DNA of 59,251 nucleotides, the filler included, from Sphacelaria rigidula (lineage: Eukaryota), in assembly GCA_964200075.2 (NCBI GenBank). It is 9 parts of 9 records of this genome, joined end to end, with 100 filler letters (N's around TTAATTAATTAA, not from the genome) between each part and the next. Parts side by side here need not be neighbours in the genome. Positions count along the whole stretch, not along the records: positions 1 to 6,496 come from CAXNAA020019740.1; positions 6,597 to 13,091 come from CAXNAA020019741.1; 7 more parts are not named here. One strand, given 5' to 3'. Every line of letters begins with the position of its first letter. Within the stretch, counting starts at the first letter, position 1. Made by a program: the position numbers and the translations under genes. The notes below the pieces were generated by a model. The model saw only the letters and a program-made list of their open reading frames with translations. It was not told the origin of the DNA and searched no databases. Below are positions 1 to 9,716 of the stretch, piece by piece.

Positions 1-329
1 ACACTCGCCAGACATGTCTACCCTCGGGTGGGCATGTCTAACGGGTGGAGCGACTCGAAGCGCTGCACGAAACTAGAAATAGCGAAGTGCATGGTTTAAG
101 GTTCCTTCCTGTCCTCAGGGGACAAAATATATATATATATATATATGTGTGAACAGGGGCCAAATGGCCTACCCCATGATCCGAATCATCATACTAATGA
201 TAAGTAATAGGTTCAGATAGCTTATGAGCTGTTGCACATGTGAAATCAATCGGAAAATCGATGAACCAATATCAAAAATGTTTTCGTGAGATTGAGAGTA
301 GATCGCTGATTGAGAGTGGCTTTGATCAT

Positions 330-575
330 TCTCTTCACCTTTAGCCAATTTTTCGTTCCGTGTGTCTTTCTTTGCCTCTATCTGTCGCTGGCGTGTGCTT
401 GCAGCTACACATCGATATCCTACTCAGGGATATCAAGGGCCACAGTGGCAAAAGCTACTACAGAAAGTATATTGGGCCTCGTGGAGGGGCATTTCGGAAC
501 TGAAACGATTTATTCACTCATTGACCGCTTTTCAATCTCAATCGTATCCTCTACTCTCAATCTCACGAAAACATT
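330..575 (+). repeat. Dispersed repeat, second copy at ~22090-22300
   Basis: Both sites share gatatcctact(c/t)agggatatcaagggc...agctactacagaaa...gggcctcgtggaggggca. Confidence 0.8.
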
Positions 576-759
576 GTTCATTGTGGAGCTCATCGATCAA
601 CGATTACTGTGATGAAACCGCTACTCAAAATACAGATTTGGAGCGCAAGCTGATGGCAACGGTGCACGCGCAAGACAAGAATCGGTTCCGCGTCGGTGGA
701 ACGATCGCCCTCACCATGGTGAGATTGTTTGTTTTGGTTGATCGATTGTCGCACCTTAA

Positions 760-1046
760 CCCCTTTTGGAACCGTGGACGACGAAAAAGTGACGATTTAC
801 GATTGGCGTTTTGTTGGGCAATATATTATGGTTGTTTTTCTGCAAGTGTTGATGATGATGATGTTGATGATGATGTTGATGATGATGTTGATGATGATGA
901 TGATACAGCCCACCAAAACGGTGCGCCACTCTAAGTTCAAGTATACTAATGTGACACATTTGTGCACCGAACTCGAACTGACGTTTTCCGGGTGACGAAA
1001 ACTCGCACACGGGAGTTTGTACTGTTTTTCGCGAGTTCCAAAAGGG
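760..1046. mobile_element. piggyBac-like MITE with TTAA target duplication; contains a (GAT/GTT)n tract at ~846-903
   Basis: TTAA(756-759)-ccccttttggaaccg ... cgagttccaaaaggg-TTAA(1047-1050): terminal inverted repeats with CCC/GGG ends. Confidence 0.75.
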
Positions 1047-1606
1047 TTAAAGGGATCCCTACTCTGAGGAACCCAGCCACGGTGACAGGAATAAAGTACG
1101 CAATGATTTGATTGTGCCACGTTAAGGGATCCCTAGGGATCCAGCTGTAAGAATGAAGTGCTCTGGTATGGCAAGTACCACATACCTCATACTTTGTGAA
1201 GAAACGGAAGCACGCTGCTTGACTCCCCTGATCAAGATGAAAAGAAATCACTAAGCTCCGTTTGAGCACCCGCTAGACCGTAGGTGTTGGACTATGAAAC
1301 CCTACGTGAGCTGGGTTTACGGACCTCACAAACCTCTAACCCGAGGATGCTGTTAAGGGGGGGGGGGGGGGGATATGTGCTCGAAACTCATGGATGGTGT
1401 CCTTCGTGGTCATTTTGAGTAAACGCAATTTTGGGTGATTTCGTCGAAAGAGTTTTGGTGTTGGAGAGGCGACAGCATGATGTGGACTGGACTCACAACG
1501 GGTCTCCTAGGCAGCCAGCAGGGAGCAGTGATGACAAGGGGTGGTGGCGATGGAATGCTCAGCAGTTAGGGTGAACGGGGGGTGCAGACAGTATCGAACG
1601 TGAACT

Positions 1607-1723
1607 ATTTTGGAACGCATTTGACGATTTTAGTTTTTGTGAATCGGGATCATTTTCAGTCATTTTCAAGTCAAAATGATGCCGATTCACAAAAACAAAA
1701 ATCGTCAATGCGTTCCCGAAGGG
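1607..1723. mobile_element. Short foldback MITE of the same TTAA-end class; an isolated right arm at ~58006-58062
   Basis: Left arm tttggaacgcatttgacgatttt..tttttgtgaatcgg..atcatttt pairs with aaaatgatgccgattcacaaaaacaaaaatcgtcaatgcgttcc..gaaggg, which is followed by TTAA. Confidence 0.65.
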
Positions 1724-2051
1724 TTAAGCAACAAAGGAGTTGGAAATGTCAGTTCGATGCCGTCATGTGTAGACCACACCCTGGGCAAAATATGATATTG
1801 GCAAAAAAAGTATGGGGTACAGTATTAAAATATTTCGTCGCAAGGTACATGAGTGACATGCCTGTATCTGGACATGACTGTGATTCTATACGAGGGCTTC
1901 CCAGGAGGGGTACGATCCCAAAAGGCCACTTGCGGTGCATCTTCTTCGTCTGATCACGGGACGCTGTAGAATCGTGTAGGAAGCCCCCTTTGTGCACAGC
2001 CTGTTGAGGCGAGCATACACTTGTTGTCGAAGGGGAGGCAGGGGGGGGGGT

Positions 2052-2445
2052 GGGGGGTACTCGTGATGATGCATACCGTAGTCATATGGCTATTGACCTC
2101 GCACTCCTACAAAGCCGGGACAGAGCACGCCGGGTTTTGCCAGACCAGGCTCGCAATCAATCACCAAGCGCGAAGCGCCGTGGTGTGTTCGGCGAGTCGC
2201 ATGAAGGGTGAGCTGCTCCCTGCTGAGATTGTTCTGCTTGGCTCGAAGTGTATGGATTATCTTGCATTTGGATGACGCCCTCCAGTGAGTTGCTTCATTT
2301 TCAGGTATCGCCATTTCCAGAGACAGCCACAGGTTACACACTGCCTCATGGGTGTCTCACCATATAAACACTACGTAGTATGATCATCCCCTTTGCGCGG
2401 AGTTCAAGTTCTCCACCCCACCCGACAGCATGATCCGGCTCGACC
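2052..2445 (+). mobile_element. Dispersed repeat family A (G-run head, gtactcatgatcatgcatgcc...), near full-length copy
   Basis: Other copies: 24600-24968(+), 40725-41302(-, internally duplicated), 39570-39700(-), 32819-32875(+), 41635-41737(+), 36495-36558(-), 42066-42110(-), 3518-3558(+), 13192-13262(-). Confidence 0.85.
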
Positions 2446-3956
2446 ACCATCATTGTTACCACAAAAAAACGAAAGCGCACCCCCCCCCCCGGTAACCTTG
2501 CCTAACCTATGTAGTGCTGGGCGTGTTTTACAGCGTCGTTGCCAACCGACGCCAACCCCAAGGAGGGGGGGTGTTCAGGGTACGGGTGCAACAGATATCC
2601 CCATGCCATCTACGCCTGGTAGCTCAATGACTTGGATTGATGGTAACCTCAATCGGGGCTAATGTTATAAGTGGCGTGTGTTCCAGTAATTTAATGATGC
2701 ACTACCCCTCGATATAATCTGTTGGAAGCACGGCTGTACATGTCTACGAACAGCGTGACCCTCCCGCAAACAATTCTGACTCAAAAGCAAGTGACGAGCC
2801 AAGGACAGTGTGACGTGTGTTATCGACGACCTTCGACTGAACAGCTGGAGTGCCGTTTTCAGGCAAACTGTCCAAAGGTTTACCTTTTCTCAAACCGAAG
2901 TCCTCTGCGATATTCATCAGAAATACACGACACGAGAACGAAATACGCACTGAAGGTGATGTCTGGCTTGTCCAGCATAGGGGTCTGTCTAGCTATCAAC
3001 GAAGCAGTGCTGAACGATGAGCTGTATTTCGGCGTAGCTCGACCATACAGATCACACGGTACATGAAAATGCTCTAGTGCTTCCTCCCCCCCCCCGGTTG
3101 ATCGAGGAATGTCAATACCCGTAGGTCGTGGAAGGAAGTATTGGTCCACCGTCTGAGGGGGTGGGTGGTATGCTGCATACACCGTATGATTTTAATGACG
3201 GTTCTTGTACCGAGGAGGGATGGGTTGATCCCTTGAGACCACGGACTCTTCTCGAGGAAGGGGGGGGGTTCAAAGTGCGATGAATAAAAATCGATAAAAA
3301 AAATCAATGACGAGTGCAGAAAATGACCATACCCTGGACAATCGATCACGTTGTCAAAAATTGGGCTGCGTACAGTAGCGAATCCATTGTCTATATTGTC
3401 TATTGCAAAAGACAAGTACATTCGATACTGCACGAATTTCAATTTTTTGACAATGTAGTAATCTATAGTCATTATCCATGGTATGAATGGCAGGGAGATC
3501 ATTAGCGCGGATCTTTGAGGGTGTACTCATGATCACGCATGCCATAGTCATAAGATCTTTGAGGGGGTGGCATGTGACACACGGGTGGGTGATATTCCGT
3601 AGCCCGTGGTAGCCGATCCACTTCACATATTGAAAAACCCTACGCTACAGGGCACGACGTGAGACGCTATGGATACCATACAAAAAACACGTTACCGACT
3701 TTGGTAGATTGAGGTGTCATAGTTGGCAGAGGGTGGTAGGAAGATCGACCTGCAATGCTGTTACGAAGAAGGCGTCAGCGTGTGGATATATTAATCTCGT
3801 TTCGTAACGAAAATGACGGCGCTATAAATACGTCAGCTACTCATGAACGTGAAATTTGCACCATTTCTTGTCACTGTATCCGACATGTGCAACATTTCAT
3901 GTCGAGTGGAATGCTTTTCGGCGTGAAGCTCCCCTTCAATTTGCACTGATACATGA

Positions 3957-4125
3957 ATCAAACAGAGTAGTTCACTGAGCTTGTTTGACGTGAGTTGGCG
4001 CGGTGCGGGAGTGCTGACCCAATCCGCGAGACAAGAATGCAAGGCGTGTACCGGCGGAGAGATGGGTTGACCCCTTGGGACCACGGACGCGTCCCGAGGA
4101 AGGGCAGGGGTTCAACGTGCGACAT
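3957..4125 (+). mobile_element. SINE-like family C, body and 3' end, followed by (TA)n
   Basis: tgacccaatccgcgagac..aatgcaagg..gagatgggttga.ccctt..gaccacggac..gaggaag..ggggttcaa recurs at 3205-3283, 10852-10952, 17152-17345(-) and 42478-42550(-), with a partial copy at 38195-38270. Confidence 0.75.
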
Positions 4126-4534
4126 ATATATATATATATATAATATATATGAAAAATAGAGCACCTGATGACTGAGACAAGTATTGGGGATGCACATTCA
4201 TACTTGGAGGGGGGCTTTATGCCGACACTTAGCAACGGCTTCTCGACGCTCGGGCTTCACTCACGGTTACACGTTTGCCACGCGCATTGATGCCAAGGAC
4301 CTTCGCGAGCGTCGAGCATTTTGGAAGCCGCCAGGGCTTGAGATCTTCTGAGGCCTCTCGAAATCTCATGCAATGGCTACCACTTCTGCACCCGTGCACC
4401 TCTGTTTTTGAAATGCTAACATGTTGATGCCCTCTCAACCACCAACAAAACCACCCCGGGACGCGGGCCCAGAGAACGTTTTACCCCAGATTTTAGCCCC
4501 AAATTCTTGACTGACACATTTTCGAAATGAAGCT

Positions 4535-4690
4535 TACCCTGATACTAAACCTCATATTCATTCTTATCCCAACCAAGGGATACCGAGAACCCTCGGGTAA
4601 GGCGGGTGCAATGGGTAGGTACCCTAGGCAAAGTGCGCGTTGGCAGATCTCGAATCAGCGCCTGTGGCGCCGTTTTGGATGGGAAACGCC
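4535..4690 (-). repeat. Dispersed repeat with a decayed telomere-like end; homolog at 31370-31520(+)
   Basis: The reverse complement matches ggcgccacaggcgc..ccaacgc..cactttgcctagg..ttgcccgagggctctcggtat at ~31385-31475, which runs into ggttagggttagggg. Confidence 0.65.
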
Positions 4691-6436
4691 TCCTGCGCAA
4701 GCTAGGAAGCACTCCGGACTGTGAGGCCCGGTGAAGATACGAGTGTTGGTGTTGACATCAAAATCATTTTTTTTTAACCGTGGATTTGGCGCTACGAACT
4801 GGGGTAGACCTCTTCTGGATGGCATGTACCGAGAGGTTGACGTCGAAGGTCGCACTTCTTGAGGGGATGGCGGAAACACGGCACCTCTGTTCGAGTTTAC
4901 TCCGCTATCCGTGGAGTATGGTAAAGTATGGTGACCGATACGGTGATCCTGAATTAAATGGCCGCGAGCTGCTAAAGTGACTGGACGTTATTTATGCAAG
5001 ATTGGTCGCCGCAAGCTTGCTTCCAAGAGGTCGGGGCGACGTGTAACGATTCGTCGTCAACCGACGCGAGGTGTCGGGTATTATCCTCCCTCCCGGCACC
5101 GAGGTCTTGCTTAATCATCCTGGTTTTCAAAGGCGCCACCAACTGAAGAGCATGGATTTAGTAAACTTGAAACCTTACGTTAGTGTTGGCCGATGCCTGG
5201 CGATGTTGCGGAAGGGCCGGTATCGTGGATGGTAAAGCATCACGCCCCCACTGATACAAATTCCAATCGCCATTTATTTTCGTTCCGAATTGCAGCAGCC
5301 ACGATTCAAACTGGGCACGCGTTCGTCGACTGATTCAGGGGTGCACTTATTCATTCAGAGGGAGCTAAGTTTGCATGCAAATATGCGTGACTGGAGTTCC
5401 GTTTACCGTAGTTTTTTTTTTTGTGAAGTGCCAGGGTGCGAAGGATTTGAGGAGTGGGAGTCTCAAAAACTGCGGTAGTATTATTAGCCCCGTACTATAT
5501 TACATGTACAGTCGGAACAAAATCCATTCGTTTGACCCATCGTTCAGTTGCGTTGTGGCTATGTTACTGTAGTAACCGCGGCGTGTTTGCCGAGAAAAGC
5601 TGGTGTTCGGATAATGTTGCCGGAGTGGCGTTCTCGACAGGTTTACGGTGCGTGTCTTGAGCCTCGACTTCTGCCGCTGTGTTACGTGTCTTCGCCACGG
5701 GGCGTAATTGTGATCATGCCAACGGAACTTGTCGAAAAGGATCCCGTACTCCACCGTATCTCTTCGGGCGCGGGGTCTGCCCTTTGGAACGAGATCGTTG
5801 GCTCTGCGGTGTTGGTGACCCCCCACGGTACAGCTGTGCGTCCCGTCTCCGTTGAGACAGTCACCCAGTGGTTACGGCATATCGTGCAGTCTGCGTTCCT
5901 CATTTGTCTCACTCATGTTACAATCGTGTGATGTTTCAGCTAATAGCATGGAATTGCTCTCAGCATCTTTCCAGTGATCGGCACGACGTTTATCTGAGGC
6001 ATCTTGCACCCGAAGGGTTGGCACCAACCCCGATAACTTGCAGATCGTGAAGCCTGGATCACTGCAGGCCTGCGTACGGGAGGTGCCCTTGACACATATG
6101 GCATAGGCAGAGTTCAACCGCGCGCCGTGGTATCTATTGGAGCAGAACACGGTCTGTGTATGCAGCCGACCTTCGTGGCCACCATACGCTCTTGGGGTAG
6201 ATGCGATGTCCTCGTGGGCTTTCTTCTACCCGTCGACTCTCTGCCGGGAAAGTAGTGGGATCCCACTACTCGTAGCATAAAAGTCTGCGGGGAGTATAAT
6301 TCTACTACACGATCTTCCGGTAAAAGCGATATCCTCTCGCATTTCTGACCATCGAATTTCTGCCGGGGAAGTAGTAGAGCTCCACTACTTTTTGCGTCAA
6401 AGTCTACGGGATGTAAAATATATATTTCGGGTAATA

Positions 6437-6496
6437 CCCCCGGTGGCTCAGTTGGTAACCTCGTAACATTCTGATGGTTGAGTAGGGGGGTTCGAT
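6437..6496 (+). mobile_element. tRNA-derived SINE head truncated by the contig end
   Basis: A-box TGGCTCAGTTGG (6444-6455) and B-box GGTTCGAT (6489-6496); no complete cloverleaf. Near-identical copy at 46011-46063. Confidence 0.7.
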
Positions 6497-6596
6497 NNNN
6501 NNNNNNNNNNNNNNNNNNNNNNNNNNNNNNNNNNNNNNNNTTAATTAATTAANNNNNNNNNNNNNNNNNNNNNNNNNNNNNNNNNNNNNNNNNNNN
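6497..6596. other. Artificial 100-bp contig spacer (N44-TTAATTAATTAA-N44); identical spacers at 13092-13191, 19687-19786, 26282-26381, 32876-32975, 39470-39569, 46064-46163, 52658-52757
   Basis: TTAATTAATTAA gives stops in all six frames. The contigs between spacers are 6496, 6495, 6495, 6495, 6494, 6494, 6494, 6494 and 6494 bp. Confidence 0.97.
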
Positions 6597-6720
6597 TGTC
6601 TTTTTTCGATCGAAAGCTTGAAAATCCATCCGGACCCAACTGCATCAAAACGAGAAATTTTCACCTGACTCAATTCCACCGCTCGTTTTTTCGATCGACG
6701 AAAAAAGTGTTAGGACACGC
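6597..6720. repeat. Dispersed repeat, inverted copy at ~52345-52473
   Basis: tgtcttttttcgatcgaaagcttgaaaatc.atccggacccaactgcatcaaaacga is the reverse complement of ~52417-52473. Confidence 0.8.
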
Positions 6721-8239
6721 CCTCAACCTCAGGAATACACTGTTTGTTGTACAACACCCCCAGATGTTCCTGAAATATCCTAGGGTTATTTCTGCTTCTG
6801 TGGGAAAACAATTGTTGGAACATCGTTGGTTCGTGGTTTTTGGTTCATGGTTCATGGTTCGTGGGGGGGGGGGGGGGGTTCTAGTGTTGTGGTGCTGATG
6901 GTACGTTAGTTTTATCGTTGTATTGCGAGGGCTGTAATCAGATTTTGTGTTGACAAGTCACGACAGGCACCACCAAGATTTGACTGAAACAAAGCTGTCA
7001 CAACAGTCAAGAAGAATATAAAACATGCAAAAAATGGATTTGAGTCTCGGTTTGGTCACCTCCACTGTACGATCCCCCGTCCTGAGTTGCTCCACCCTTC
7101 CGGATACTGTGTCCCGCAGGTTTTCGAGAGGGTGCCTGTTTGCGCCGAGTTGGAGGGAAAAAAATACCGTTACGTATCAAGCAGCAACATGACGGGCACA
7201 GAAGAACGGCCGCATACCGTACGTTAAACTACGACCGATGGATGGCCAAAACGTGCTCTTTCATAAAGCGACATGATGACAAACGACAGTAAGACGGATA
7301 TACACGAAGGGCAACATGTGCCAAACAACGACAAACTCCGCACAAAACTGCTTTATTCTCGAGCTGTACACGTCTTCAGCAAATATGCGCAGCGTAACTG
7401 CGTCTCTCACTCCTGCGGTGCTGCAAACTGATGACGGCACCACCTTCACCGCAACGATATGATCAACGTCACCCTGAAATTACCTCCCGTTCTGGGGTTT
7501 CCTAAGCCCCGGTTCTCCACATTCCCTCCCTCTCCGAATGTATGATAGTATGTACACGAGCTGGGCCAGCCTAAAAACGGATTCAAGCTGTCACAATCAT
7601 ATATCATCGACGGAGATTATTAGATCGTGATCCACACATCTTATTAATCGTTTAAACCAGGCGCAGATGCCCATCTACTCAACAACCCGGTCAGATGCTT
7701 TCCGTGAAATAAACACCACGTCGAGTAAATCCTGTGACGTACGGGGACATCTCGATTCCGAAATCTTAACGCACCCCTGTCACGATACAATCAGCGAATG
7801 ACGCTGAATTTTCACGTCAACCTTCCGTGGGACACGGGGATACGATTAATACCTATACCCCCACCTAATTCGATATCTCGACATGGCGCGCATGATATCC
7901 GATGTTAATTTCAATATGTTGCACATGCACGATATCTGGATACAACAGCTTAGTCTTCAGAGTTGTGCTTTGAAATTTGGTATCGAAAATCGCAAGAGCA
8001 TAACCCAAAACGTTACGCCAAGACTAGAGCTTCCGAGTATATCTTCGCTGCCGAAAGCTTGGCCAGCGATTCCCCCCAACTTTTTTACCAGCTTCTTTCC
8101 TTCAAGATCTCATAGACTTTATGTACCACTTGGTGCTCCTTCTCGTAGGTCATGTGGTCGGCCATAGATGAGGTTTTTACACGTCGGACGAGTCATTACT
8201 CGTCGAAACGAGTGCACTCGTGGACGTTTTTTTGAAAAC

Positions 8240-9716
8240 ACAATGAACATGACTCGTGAGCTCGAGCCATAACTATTTTTTACAACGAGCAGTGACTCGT
8301 GTGCTCGAGTCATTACTTTTCTTTACAACGAGCAATAACTCGAGTGCTCGCCGTATTATTTTTTCCACAACGAGCAATGACTCGAGTGCTCGACATATAA
8401 ACCCTTTTGAAACCGACCCCCCACCAACGCGGGGTTGACTATGTGTTGGTGAAATAGTAAAAATAAGTCAGGGAGCGACCTGCCCAATCACGGCGAGGCG
8501 AGATTTATCGACCAGACCCGAACGACCAGCGCGGGGACTGTTGCCGAGTGTGATGTCATTGCAAAGATCGTGAGGGGGCCCTATCCCTGGCCCAGATAAG
8601 CCTTCCCAGGTTTCCGAAGCCAGGATGCTCGAAGCATGGCTTATCGTATTACTTGCATCGAGTATAGCGTTCCCGGGATTTTCCTGGAGTTCTTTCGGGT
8701 CGCCAGCATATACTAAAACGAAGTAAATACACCAACACAAGGTGTAGTGGGGAAAACTCGGGAAGGAGTGTACATGCCACCACGTGGTCATTTTCACGAG
8801 GCACTGAACCCAGGTGGACCGTGGAAAGACAAAGGGAGCTACCGTCATGAATTCCGCGTATCCCTTTGCCGATCACTTGCAGAACACTGTGAACATGTAT
8901 GTAGTGGGCAGGGATGGACAAGCTGTGTATAGGCAGCTGATCTCCGTCGCTGAGAACTGCCCACAACGTGCAAGGGAGTATGCAGCGGCCGCTGCTGCTG
9001 CTGCCGTCGGAGAGGCGTGCTGCACTGGACTGGACTGGACTGGACTGGACTGGACTGGACTGTATGTGCGCCGCAACACCCATACCGTTGGAAGAAAATT
9101 TGTGGCACGCAACAAGGAGGGAAATTGCGGCCCAACCCGACCACAAGAGGCTTCGTAGCAAGGTGATGGGGACAACAATATCATCCGAAGCCACAAGTGA
9201 CGGGCGGCCCGCCGGTCGCCGTATCCTGTTGAAAGCTCTCTACGAAGACATATACTGCTCGCTACATCAGATGTACATTACCTAATGAGCACCCTGCACC
9301 TGAAAATATATTGGATGAGAATTTTAGTCTTCCCTCATAACCCTGCGGTTACATACGCGGACTTTCAGCAACATGCCCCTGTTTCGTGCAGACGCCAGAC
9401 ACGTCTTTCCTAACCAGGCCCGGTCCCAAAGGGCTTATTTTTTTCCCCAACGAGCAATGACGCGAGTGCTCGCCCTAGTATTTTTTTCGACAACGAGCAA
9501 TGACTCGAGTGCTCGCCCTATTAGTTTGTTTCCTCAACGAGCTATGACTCGAGTGCCCCCCCTATGATTTTTTTCGACAACGAGCAATGACTCGAGTGCT
9601 CGTCCTATTAATTTGTTTCCGCAACGAGCAATGACTCGAGTGCTCGCCCTATTAATTTGTTTCCACAAAGAGCGATGACTCGAGTGCTCGCCCTATTCAT
9701 GTTCTTCACAACGAGC
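8240..9716 (+). repeat. Tandem array of ~10-11 hairpin units (period ~42-44 bp), split by a 1-kb insertion
   Basis: Core CAACGAGCAATGACTCGAGTGCTCG at ~8283, 8326, 8368, 9448, 9491, 9535, 9578, 9622 and 9666, partial at 9708. The intervening segments are homologous (ccctattaatttgtttcc-like). Confidence 0.9.
8402..9433. mobile_element. ~1-kb non-autonomous piggyBac-like element with an internal (ACTGG)n tract at 9024-9063
   Basis: Ends cccttttgaaaccg / cggtcccaaaggg. It sits at the TTAA position of the array unit. A diverged inverted copy lies at 38451-39469. Confidence 0.8.

Noticed and set aside
362..1120. Poly-D/M/H/I ORFs
   Set aside because: Products of the (GAT)n tract inside a MITE plus a dispersed repeat.
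6437..6496. Functional tRNA gene (also 46011-46063)
   Set aside because: A and B boxes are present, but there is no convincing anticodon arm and both copies are truncated by gaps. A SINE head fits better.
6541..6552. Periodic TTAATTAATTAA (PacI-like) motif as a biological signal
   Set aside because: Artificial six-frame-stop linker embedded in Ns.
7261..7475. HNH-like VDHIV motif on the minus strand
   Set aside because: No downstream N/H residues or supporting context; probably chance.
8468..9285. ORFs with WTGLD/SSPVQ repeats
   Set aside because: Translation of (ACTGG)n within a non-autonomous element; no transposase motif.
8240..9716. CRISPR array
   Set aside because: The inter-repeat segments are short and homologous to one another, there are no cas genes, and the context is eukaryotic.
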